Below are positions 1-7,786 of a DNA stretch of 64,000 nt, piece after piece. The notes beneath the pieces are model-generated. The model was not told where the DNA came from. It worked only from the letters and a program-made list of their open reading frames with translations, and did not search any database. Source of the stretch: Campylobacterota bacterium. Lineage in GTDB: Bacteria; Campylobacterota; Campylobacteria; Campylobacterales; Sulfurimonadaceae. The position numbers and the translations under genes are program-made. Within the stretch, counting starts at the first letter, position 1. Each line of letters opens with the position of its first letter. The stretch spans positions 28,194 to 92,193 of the forward strand of contig JAYEKO010000015.1 of assembly GCA_034661055.1 (NCBI GenBank). The letters are read 5' to 3'.

Positions 1-733
1 GTATTTTGACATGCCAAGGTTCATACCGGACTCCATCTCTATTATTTATTGTATATCTCATATCAATATAGTTTAATTTTCGCAGCGCCCTAAACTCTCT
101 AGTTCGTGCAAAATGGGCTGTAAAATTTTTATGCCCCCAGCCACGTTTTCCTACATCAAAATCACATTTACTGTGGTATGAATATGCAGGTGGTGCAAGA
201 GAACAAGATGCTTGAGTTATATTACCTCTACAGCTATAGACCTTGTCCATATAGAGGCTCATCTGCTTAACAACACTGCGAACCCCTGATGTCAAAATAA
301 TCTCACTACCAATATCTTTTTTAAGCTGGAGATAGTCCTCTAACGGTTTTGCTTTAAACAGATAGTGCCCGGTATAAGGTATTTTTTTAACATCTTTACG
401 TGATATTTTTTGAGTTAAACTACTACAGATACGTTCTCCATAAAAGCCATACTGCTTAGGGTCTTCATAAAATATTTTTTCAATAAATGAGAACTCCTCT
501 TTAGTAAAAGCACCAATCACAGAGTAGTTACGTGCATAAAGTAGCGCCTGATCAAATGAGATAATATTAAAATTTCCAAAACCAACAAATTTTTTAATAC
601 GTCGTAATCTATTACGTACGCTGACAAAAATCTGCCACTCTTTTTGTGTAACATATATATCTTCTGCAGCCAGCAACTCACTTGCAAACATAGGAGACAG
701 TACTGCTGTAGTCATAAAAGTTCTTCTATTCAT
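1..733 (-). CDS. Peptidase M15 (VanY-like D,D-carboxypeptidase) family protein with Tat-type signal; C-terminus runs off the window
   Basis: Edge ORF absent from the supplied track. Own translation from ATG at 733-731 gives MNRRTFMTTAVLSPMFASELLAAEDIY (twin-arginine motif). Later SYHSKCDFDVG and EPWHV resemble the SxHxxGxAxD / ExxH zinc motifs of M15 peptidases. Confidence 0.55.
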   Translation of the reverse strand, partial: MNRRTFMTTAVLSPMFASELLAAEDIYVTQKEWQIFVSVRNRLRRIKKFVGFGNFNIISFDQALLYARNYSVIGAFTKEEFSFIEKIFYEDPKQYGFYGERICSSLTQKISRKDVKKIPYTGHYLFKAKPLEDYLQLKKDIGSEIILTSGVRSVVKQMSLYMDKVYSCRGNITQASCSLAPPAYSYHSKCDFDVGKRGWGHKNFTAHFARTREFRALRKLNYIDMRYTINNRDGVRYEPWHVKI

Positions 734-796
734 AAGTAGCATTTTACCAAAAAAAGATTAGACTTTCACATATAAGCACATCCAAAAAGGATTATA

Positions 797-1333
797 ATGA
801 CAACCGAAGGCGACTATACTCAAGAGATTGCATCACATCTTATGAATCCAAAAAACTATGGCGAACTTCTTAACGCTAACGGTGTTGGTGTTGGTGTCGA
901 TAATGCAACTAAAGCTTATGTCATTATGTATATTAACCATGATGATGAGACCATAACGGATGTTATGTATGCTACTAGTGGATCACAAAACACTATTGCG
1001 TTAGGCTCAATGTTATGTGAAATGATTGAAGGTGACACTATTGCTAATGTTCTTCTAGCTGTTAAAGGGCTTGAAAAAGATGTTCAAGATGCCTACGCAG
1101 CAGTCGAAGCACCTGAGATTGATATGAGCAAACCTGAAGGCGAACGTGTAAAACAAGTCTCCACTGAACAGCAAGACAGTGCTAACATGGTACTAACCGC
1201 CTTTCGTGCTGCGATGCGTCACATTGAACGTAAAAAAGAGGGAATAGACGAAGAGCAGTTCTCTATGAGTATTGCCAAAATGTGTCCTTATTCTAACACC
1301 GATTGTGAGTTTGTAGTTAAAGAGAATACATAA
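797..1333 (+). CDS. NifU/IscU N-terminal-like domain protein lacking the three cluster-ligand cysteines
   Basis: HLMNPKNYGEL...GVGV...ITDVMYATSGSQNTIALGSMLCEMIEG follows the IscU fold signature (HYxNPRNxG ... GCGSAIAS). The Cys positions instead read DNATKAY, TSGSQ and DSANMV. AAGGA RBS lies 7 nt upstream. Confidence 0.6.
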   Translation: MTTEGDYTQEIASHLMNPKNYGELLNANGVGVGVDNATKAYVIMYINHDDETITDVMYATSGSQNTIALGSMLCEMIEGDTIANVLLAVKGLEKDVQDAYAAVEAPEIDMSKPEGERVKQVSTEQQDSANMVLTAFRAAMRHIERKKEGIDEEQFSMSIAKMCPYSNTDCEFVVKENT

Positions 1334-1713
1334 TCCAATAAACTTATTATAATACTCCATACAGATTCACTTGCTTTAAGCTTAGATTCAAATGCTTTTT
1401 TGGCTCTTAATTCCCATTTATTTACATGTAAATTATCTCTTTCTTGATTTAAAAAATTCTTTTTTTTGCCCAAAGAGAACTCTTCAAACAGTTGTGCCAA
1501 ATTCTGCTTTCTCTGTTTTCGTAAGCCATAGAGGTTTGATTGTGACATACTGGCACTATGAAGCAGTTTCTTTGAGCTACCATCTTTATCAGTAGGTTTG
1601 TCAAACATGCTAACACCATAGTCAAGCAGTGAATATTTATCATTTTGCAACTCCTCTAAAACAGAGTACCCTATAGATGTTATTCCTAAATCTAAACTCA
1701 ATATTTTCTTCAT
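1288..1713 (-). pseudogene. cas9: Cas9 N-terminal fragment (RuvC-I motif, degenerate bridge helix, start of REC), truncated after ~130 aa
   Basis: MKKILSLDLGITSIGYSVLEE...DYGVSMFDK...GLRKQRKQNLAQLFEEFSL...WELRAKKAFESKL aligns by eye with the C. jejuni Cas9 N-terminus (MARILAFDIGISSIGWAFSEN...DCGVRIFTK...RRLARSARKRLARRKARLNHLKHLIANEFKL...YELRFRALNELLS). The ORF then runs into the 3' end of the convergent gene at 797-1333. No HNH, RuvC-II/III, cas1/cas2 or array is present. Confidence 0.6.
1420..1433. repeat. ATTTACATGTAAAT, a 14-bp perfect copy of the over-represented palindrome
   Basis: Read directly; lies in the Cas9 remnant, where it encodes NLHVNK. Confidence 0.9.
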
Positions 1714-1778
1714 AACAACCTCACAAAAAATAACTTCACTGATTATACGATGAAATAGTTTAGGCTATACTTTCACTT

Positions 1779-2687
1779 ATGAGTTCCATACTTTTTTCGG
1801 TCTTAGGCATTTACATCTTTATAGCCGTTGGCTTTATTGCCAAAATGAGCTTTAAAGAGAAAATTGATGACAAGACTATTACTATTTTATCGGTCTATTT
1901 TTTACAGATTTTCTTAACCTTCTGGGGACTTCTTAAACGTCCTATTGACAGCTCACTACTCCTTGCCCCGTCACTTTATGCTTTTATTGTCTTTATTGTT
2001 CTTGTGGGCTCAGTTTTGGTGGCTAGACAACTTTTTAATGATCCTAAAGAACGTTCCATTGCCACAGTAGCAGCACTCATTGGAAACACCGGAAATCTTG
2101 GCATTCCTTTAGGTATTGCGCTCTTTGGGGAGCAGAGCATTCCCTACACCACCATTATTAACCTAGTCAATGTCTTTATTGTCTACACAGTTGGAGTCTA
2201 TTTCTACTCTCGTGGTGAGTTTGATGTTAAGTCATCACTTTTAAACATTGTTAAGCTTCCAATTTTATGGGCAGCGCTCATTGCCATTTTACTAAATTTT
2301 TATGGCTATGTACCATCAGATGTCATAGATAAAACGCTACAGATGGGAGCTTACGCTTCAATGGTGCTACAGCTAGTCCTTTTTGGAATCTATCTCTACG
2401 GCACAAAAATACATGTAATTAACAGAACTCTTATTGCGTGGGTAAGTGGCGTCAAGTTTATTGTGCTTCCTCTTGTAGCCTATGCAATATTAAGTCTCTT
2501 TAGTATTGATCCCATGATTAAAAGTATTCTATTTTTAGAACTTATTGTCCCTCTTGCTGTGGCAAATGTAAATCTAGGCTCGCTGTATGAGTGCCGACCA
2601 AAAGACATTACTGCTCTAGTATTCATCACATCATTACTCTTTTTAGCTATTATTTTCATAGCAATTAAAATTATGAAAACATTTTAA
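1779..2687 (+). CDS. AEC (auxin efflux carrier) family permease
   Basis: 302 aa polytopic membrane protein of ~10 TM. Its N-terminal and central segments (IGNTGNLGIPL) are typical of AEC transporters. Confidence 0.75.
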   Translation: MSSILFSVLGIYIFIAVGFIAKMSFKEKIDDKTITILSVYFLQIFLTFWGLLKRPIDSSLLLAPSLYAFIVFIVLVGSVLVARQLFNDPKERSIATVAALIGNTGNLGIPLGIALFGEQSIPYTTIINLVNVFIVYTVGVYFYSRGEFDVKSSLLNIVKLPILWAALIAILLNFYGYVPSDVIDKTLQMGAYASMVLQLVLFGIYLYGTKIHVINRTLIAWVSGVKFIVLPLVAYAILSLFSIDPMIKSILFLELIVPLAVANVNLGSLYECRPKDITALVFITSLLFLAIIFIAIKIMKTF

Positions 2688-2690
2688 AGG

Positions 2691-3050
2691 ATGCCCATGG
2701 CATTTGAACTTACTGATGAAAACTATGTTACAACCGTTGAAGACACTAAGGTAGCGATGTTTATTGACTTTTACTCTCCCACTTGCGGCCCCTGCCAAGA
2801 GATACAGCCTCTAATGGATCTTTTAGAAGCCTACTTTGGAGATCGGGCATTAATCTGTAAAGTCAATGTACAGCAGAACCCAAAACTTGCTAAAAAATAT
2901 GAAATTAAAAGTGTACCGTTTTGTGTCAGTGTCGGTGAAGACAAGATGATTAAAGATTATGAACTTGGAGCAGGTTCTATTGACCGGTACATACGAATGG
3001 TTGAAAAAGCAATTGGCGAAAAAGGCTTTTTTAGACGCATGTTTGGATAG
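2691..3050 (+). CDS. Thioredoxin-family protein (CGPC active site)
   Basis: FYSPTCGPCQEIQPLMDLL followed by KYEIKSVPF, the classical thioredoxin motifs. The start may be the second ATG at 2697, which has better spacing to AAGGA. Confidence 0.8.
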   Translation: MPMAFELTDENYVTTVEDTKVAMFIDFYSPTCGPCQEIQPLMDLLEAYFGDRALICKVNVQQNPKLAKKYEIKSVPFCVSVGEDKMIKDYELGAGSIDRYIRMVEKAIGEKGFFRRMFG

Positions 3051-3052
3051 CA

Positions 3053-4555
3053 ATGCAGACATTAGACTTCTCTCAATCCATCCTTATCGCTCCAAAAATC
3101 TACTGGATTGGAATGTACCTTGAAAATGACCCCTTCCAGTGTCATCCTTACCTTATTGAAAATGGAAACGAATCTATTTTAGTCGATCCGGGCAGTATGC
3201 TAGAATTTGATGCCGTCGTTAAAAAAGTCAACTCCATTACTAATCTTGGCAATATTAAATACATTATTTTACATCATCAAGACCCTGACCTCTGTGCTTC
3301 GGTTCCTGATTTAGAGAAGCTCATTAATCGAGACGACCTGCAAATTATTACTCACTCTCGTATGACACCACTGATTAAGCACTATTTAACTACCTCTAGC
3401 TATTATGAGATTGATAAACACGAGCTAGAACTTATAACACAAAACGGTTATACGCTAGAGTTTTTAACCACACCATACTGCCACTCTCCTGGTGCTTTTG
3501 TAAGTTATGATCCCGCTAGCAGTGTGTTATTCTCAGGTGATATTTTTGGTGGTATTGATGAGTCATGGGAGTTTTTTGCAAAGGATGACTATTTTGAAAA
3601 GGCCAAACAGTTTCATGCCGAGTATATGCCAAGTAAAGATATCTTTAACTACGCTCTAAAAAAAATCGAAGCCCTTAACTTAGAACTCATCGCACCTCAG
3701 CACGGCTCAATTATTCAAAAACCATACATTTCCGGTTTAATCGCTCAGATGAAAAACTTAGATTGCGGGCTCTATATTGAAGAGAAATACAATAGTGAAC
3801 TCTTAAATACAATTGAAGAACTCAAAGCTAAAGACCTTGCTCTAAAAGAGCGTGAGACCCTGCTGTTTCAGCAGTCTAAAATGGCAGCAATGGGAGAGAT
3901 GATTGGCAATATTGCACACCAGTGGAGACAACCCCTTGCCATTGTCAACACGCTTATTGCCATCTCAAAAGAGAAAAATAATTACGACATGTTGGAAAAA
4001 GATGATCTTACATGTAAATTGGCTGAGATGGAAAAGAATATCGCCTATATGTCCAGCACTATTGAAGACTTTATGGACTTTTTTAAACCAAACAAAGAGA
4101 AACGTCCCTTTAGTGTTCGCAAGGCTGTCACTCAAGCTCTTGAGGTGCTCTATCCAAGCATTAAGAAATATGGAGTTGAGATTAGAGTCAATGGAGACCA
4201 CTCTTTAGTAGTTAACGGCTACATTAATGAGTATATCCAAGCTGTAATATCTATTCTCTCCAATGCAAAAGATGCCCTCATAGAAAATGATGTTACAACG
4301 CCATGTATTACTATCGATTTTTTTATTAACGAAAGTCGTGCCATATTAGAGATTTCAGATAATGCTGGCGGCATTGACAGTAAAATTATAGATCGTATTT
4401 TTGAACCCTATTTTACAACAAAGCATCAATCCATAGGAACAGGCCTAGGGCTCTACATAGCTAAAATGATTATTGAAGGCAGTATGGATGGTAGCATTGA
4501 AGCTAAAAACATTGAAAATGGCGCAAAATTTTGTATAGGAGTTGCACTTGCATAA
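3053..4555 (+). CDS. Soluble sensor histidine kinase with an N-terminal metallo-beta-lactamase / flavodiiron-like (ODP-like) domain
   Basis: N-terminal domain: ILHHQDPDLC, PYCHSPG-x18-SGD and APQHG, matching MBL/di-iron ligand spacing. C-terminal domains: HisKA IAHQWRQPL, then HATPase DNAGGI and GTGLGLYIA. No TM segment seen. Confidence 0.8.
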   Translation: MQTLDFSQSILIAPKIYWIGMYLENDPFQCHPYLIENGNESILVDPGSMLEFDAVVKKVNSITNLGNIKYIILHHQDPDLCASVPDLEKLINRDDLQIITHSRMTPLIKHYLTTSSYYEIDKHELELITQNGYTLEFLTTPYCHSPGAFVSYDPASSVLFSGDIFGGIDESWEFFAKDDYFEKAKQFHAEYMPSKDIFNYALKKIEALNLELIAPQHGSIIQKPYISGLIAQMKNLDCGLYIEEKYNSELLNTIEELKAKDLALKERETLLFQQSKMAAMGEMIGNIAHQWRQPLAIVNTLIAISKEKNNYDMLEKDDLTCKLAEMEKNIAYMSSTIEDFMDFFKPNKEKRPFSVRKAVTQALEVLYPSIKKYGVEIRVNGDHSLVVNGYINEYIQAVISILSNAKDALIENDVTTPCITIDFFINESRAILEISDNAGGIDSKIIDRIFEPYFTTKHQSIGTGLGLYIAKMIIEGSMDGSIEAKNIENGAKFCIGVALA

Positions 4556-5234
4556 AAAAATTGAACACATCTCAGTCTTAATTGCTGAAGATGAAGAGGA
4601 GTTACGAAAATATTTTGTAGAGTATCTACAGATATTTTTTGAGACTGTTTACGCGGCTAGAGATGGAAAAGAAGCACTTAAAATTTACAAAGAGAGACAA
4701 CCTGACATTATAGTTGCTGATATTAACATGCCTAATATGGATGGATTAACACTAATTGAGACAATTCGAAAAGACGACAAAACTACTAAGATGGTTATTG
4801 CTACCGCGCACTCTGAAAAAGACAAACTCCTTCGGGCAATTGAGCTTCATCTTGCACGCTATCTTGTTAAGCCCATCAATAGTGATGAACTAAAAGAGCT
4901 ACTCTTTAGCCTAGTCCAAGAGATTGAAAATGAGAAACGTATTATTTTTCTTAAAGATGGTTACAGATGGGACTTAAAACTTAAAACACTACAAAAAGAC
5001 GGCATGAATGTTCACCTTACCAAAAAAGAGCAGCAACTTCTTGATGTGATGCTAAATCGTCCTAACAGAAGTATTTCAAATGAAGATCTCTATTATACGC
5101 TCTATGCCGATAGCCCTGAAAAAGAGTTCAGCCTCAATGCTATTACCTCTTTAATAAAGCGTCTTCGCACTAAGCTACCTGAAAATACGCTTGATAGCAA
5201 TTATGGCGTAGGTTATATTATTCATACGCAATAG
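4542..5234 (+). CDS. OmpR/PhoB-type response regulator (REC + winged helix)
   Basis: VLIAEDEE...DIIVADINMPNMDG...ATAH..K receiver motifs and a C-terminal LTKKEQQLLDVM...GVGYII winged helix. TTG start overlaps the kinase stop by 14 nt. Confidence 0.85.
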   Translation: MHLHKKIEHISVLIAEDEEELRKYFVEYLQIFFETVYAARDGKEALKIYKERQPDIIVADINMPNMDGLTLIETIRKDDKTTKMVIATAHSEKDKLLRAIELHLARYLVKPINSDELKELLFSLVQEIENEKRIIFLKDGYRWDLKLKTLQKDGMNVHLTKKEQQLLDVMLNRPNRSISNEDLYYTLYADSPEKEFSLNAITSLIKRLRTKLPENTLDSNYGVGYIIHTQ

Positions 5235-5270
5235 GAGAGTAAGTTATATATTTCCTAAAAAGAATTTCAT

Positions 5271-5326
5271 TTTTGACATAATATGACAAACTCTTTTCCT
5301 ACAATTCTCCTGTGTGTGTTATGTCA
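5271..5326. promoter_or_regulatory. Candidate operator: inverted copies of TTTTGACATAA, plus a TGACA-N5-TGACA direct repeat
   Basis: TTTTGACATAA at 5271-5281; its exact reverse complement TTATGTCAAAA at 5319-5329 (extends past this feature's 5326 end); a second TGACA at 5284-5288. A third TGACATAAC at 5487-5495 lies 29 nt before the nrdD ATG. Confidence 0.3.
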
Positions 5327-5419
5327 AAAGTTCAGTTAACCAGAACCTAGATATAAAAGCCTTATGATTCAAAGCATCTGTACTTTTGCAGAGTTATCTA
5401 AAAAGGTTGACTGATTTTT

Positions 5420-5470
5420 AATATACATGTAAAACCTTGCGAGGTCTGCGCGAGGTTTTACATGTATATT
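5420..5470. repeat. 51-nt hairpin: 18-bp perfect inverted repeat, each arm carrying a TACATGTA motif copy
   Basis: AATATACATGTAAAACCT (5420-5437) pairs with AGGTTTTACATGTATATT (5453-5470). The inner GCG/CGC pairs extend the stem. Located in the RR-nrdD intergenic region. Confidence 0.85.
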
Positions 5471-5523
5471 TAGCATAACCACACTCTGACATAACATTCG
5501 TACTTTATCCAATAGGAGAGGCA

Positions 5524-7635
5524 ATGTTAACCACCATACTCAAACGAGACGGCACATCTCAAGACTTTACACCCTACAAGATTGAAGACGCAATACGTAA
5601 AGCGTTTAAAAGCGAATCCACACCTTATGATAATGCAGTTTATGTTGATGTCATTACTACATTAAAAGAACGACGTGTTATAGCAGTTGAAGATGTTCAA
5701 GACCTCATTGAGCAAGCACTTTTTAAAGCACGTTACTTTGATGTTATGAAATCATTTCTACTATATCGCCATACTCACAAAATGCAGAGAGAGCATCAAT
5801 TAGGTTTTAATGAAGACACCACCTACATTAATGCAACGCAGACCATTGAGGAATACATTAGCGGTAGTGACTGGCGTATTAAAGCCAACTCCAACACAGG
5901 CTACTCCAATGCAGGACTTGTCAATAACACCGCAGGAAAAGTCATTGCTAACTACTGGTTAGATAAAGTTTACTCTAAAGAAGAGGGCTATGCCCACCGA
6001 AATGGAGACTACCATATTCATGACTTGGATTGTTTAACGGGTTATTGTGCAGGCTGGAGCTTGCGAGTACTCTTAGATGAGGGTTTTAATGGCGTACGAG
6101 GCAGAGTGGAGTCTAACGCGCCCAACCATTTTCGTGAAGCTTTGGGACAGATGGCAAATTTTTTGGGAATACTTCAAAGTGAGTGGGCGGGAGCACAGGC
6201 ATTTAGCTCATTTGACACCTATTTAGCTCCCTATCTCTTTAAAGATCAACTTGAATATAAAGAGGTAAAAAAAGCGATTCGTAGTTTTATCTACAACCTC
6301 AATGTACCAGCACGCTGGGGGCAGAGTCCTTTTACCAACATTACTATTGACTGGACAGTTCCAAGTGATTTAAAAGAGCAGACCCCAACTCGTAATCAAA
6401 AACACCTTTTTAAAGGTATTGATGATGCAACACTACAGCATCAAGCAGTAGCCCGAGGTGCATCATCACTTGAGTCAATGACGTATGAGCACTTTCAAAA
6501 AGAGATGAATCTCATTAACAGAGCCTATTATGAGATTATGACTGAGGGCGATAAGAGCGGTCAACCTTTTACCTTTCCAATTCCAACTGTAAATATTACG
6601 GAAGATTTTGACTGGCATGGTGAAAATACCGATATTCTCTTTGAAAATACTGCTAAAATCGGCTCATCCTATTTTCAGAATTTTATTGGCTCTCAATTTA
6701 TGAGAAATAATGACGGTAACTTAGTGGAAAATCCAGATGCCTATAAACCAGGACACGTACGCAGTATGTGTTGTCGTCTTCAACTTGATCTTCGTGAGCT
6801 TCTAAAACGAGGTGGCGGACTTTTTGGTAGTGCCGAAATGACAGGAAGTATTGGTGTTGTGACCATTAATATGGCACGACTTGGGTATCTATACGCCAAC
6901 AGTAGAGATGAACTCTTTAAAGAACTTGACCGTCTTATGGGGTTAGCAAAATCAACATTAGAGAAGAAGCGTCTTTTTATAGAGAGCATGTATGAGCGTG
7001 GACTTTTCCCTTATACGGCACGTTATCTTCACCATTTTAACAACCATTTCTCCACCATTGGAGTCAACGGTATTAATGAGATGATTCGAAATTTCACTAA
7101 AGATACGCAAGATATTTCAAGTCGTGAGGGGATGCAGTTTGCCGTAGAGGTACTAGAACACATGAGAGCGCGAATGGTAGAGTTTCAAGAAGCTACAGGA
7201 AATCTTTACAACCTTGAAGCAACCCCGGCTGAGGGAACAACCTACCGTTTTGCCAAAGAAGATCGAAAACGATTTCCATCAATTTTACAGGCAGGTTTTG
7301 GTGAGAATATCTACTACACCAACTCATCACAACTCCCCGCAGACCTCACTGATGACCCATTTGAAGCACTGACACTCCAAGATGAGTTACAGTGTAAATA
7401 TACGGGTGGCACGGTACTGCATATGTACATGAAAGAACGTATCAGCTCCGTAGAGTCTTGCCGAAAGTTAGTTAAAAACATCATTACCAACTTTAGACTG
7501 CCTTACATTACTATTACCCCGCTATTTTCTACATGTGAAAAACATGGGTACTTAGCTGGTGAACACGAGTTCTGTCCAAAATGTGATGAAGAACTTATAC
7601 AATCTTATTTAGAGGAAGAGAAACATGTCTCATAA
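5524..7635 (+). CDS. nrdD: Anaerobic ribonucleoside-triphosphate reductase (class III) large polypeptide, ending after the Zn ribbon
   Basis: N-terminal ATP-cone (ILKRDGTSQDFTPYKIEDAIRKAF), a core typical of NrdD, and a C-terminal CEKHGY...CPKCDEE Zn-ribbon. The glycyl-radical motif is missing from this frame. Confidence 0.9.
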   Translation: MLTTILKRDGTSQDFTPYKIEDAIRKAFKSESTPYDNAVYVDVITTLKERRVIAVEDVQDLIEQALFKARYFDVMKSFLLYRHTHKMQREHQLGFNEDTTYINATQTIEEYISGSDWRIKANSNTGYSNAGLVNNTAGKVIANYWLDKVYSKEEGYAHRNGDYHIHDLDCLTGYCAGWSLRVLLDEGFNGVRGRVESNAPNHFREALGQMANFLGILQSEWAGAQAFSSFDTYLAPYLFKDQLEYKEVKKAIRSFIYNLNVPARWGQSPFTNITIDWTVPSDLKEQTPTRNQKHLFKGIDDATLQHQAVARGASSLESMTYEHFQKEMNLINRAYYEIMTEGDKSGQPFTFPIPTVNITEDFDWHGENTDILFENTAKIGSSYFQNFIGSQFMRNNDGNLVENPDAYKPGHVRSMCCRLQLDLRELLKRGGGLFGSAEMTGSIGVVTINMARLGYLYANSRDELFKELDRLMGLAKSTLEKKRLFIESMYERGLFPYTARYLHHFNNHFSTIGVNGINEMIRNFTKDTQDISSREGMQFAVEVLEHMRARMVEFQEATGNLYNLEATPAEGTTYRFAKEDRKRFPSILQAGFGENIYYTNSSQLPADLTDDPFEALTLQDELQCKYTGGTVLHMYMKERISSVESCRKLVKNIITNFRLPYITITPLFSTCEKHGYLAGEHEFCPKCDEELIQSYLEEEKHVS

Positions 7636-7786
7636 AGAAATATTAAAAAAAGTCCAAGATCAACGAAAACGTTGTGTTGTTTACACTAGAGTTATGGGCT
7701 ATCATAGACCCGTAGAGAGTTTTAACATTGGTAAAAAAGGTGAACACCAAGAGCGTAAACAGTTTAAAGAGAACTGTGCAGCCTAA
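7625..7786 (+). CDS. Separate 53-aa ORF encoding the NrdD glycyl-radical motif
   Basis: Own translation: MSHKEILKKVQDQRKRCVVYTRVMGYHRPVESFNIGKKGEHQERKQFKENCAA. Compare the E. coli NrdD C-terminus RRVCGYLG..FNAGKQEEVKRR. AGAGGAAGAG sits 4 nt upstream of the ATG. The ATG overlaps the nrdD stop (ATGTCTCATAA), and the frame is closed upstream by TAG at 7610-7612. Confidence 0.6.
   Translation: MSHKEILKKVQDQRKRCVVYTRVMGYHRPVESFNIGKKGEHQERKQFKENCAA

Noticed and set aside
1392-1643. Track ORFs 1392-1595 (+) and 1449-1643 (-) overlapping the Cas9 remnant
   Set aside because: They are out-of-frame or antisense shadows of the ORF that carries clear Cas9 homology. They have no motifs and low-complexity composition.
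1714-1778. Search for a CRISPR array, tracrRNA or cas1/cas2 next to the Cas9 fragment
   Set aside because: The flanks are a 65-nt divergent promoter region and ordinary genes. I saw no regularly spaced direct repeats here or elsewhere in the window.
5235-5523. Riboswitch or NrdR box upstream of nrdD
   Set aside because: I could not find the NrdR palindrome (acaCwAtATaTwGtgt-like) or any riboswitch core I recognise. The repeats present are reported as a separate, unassigned motif.
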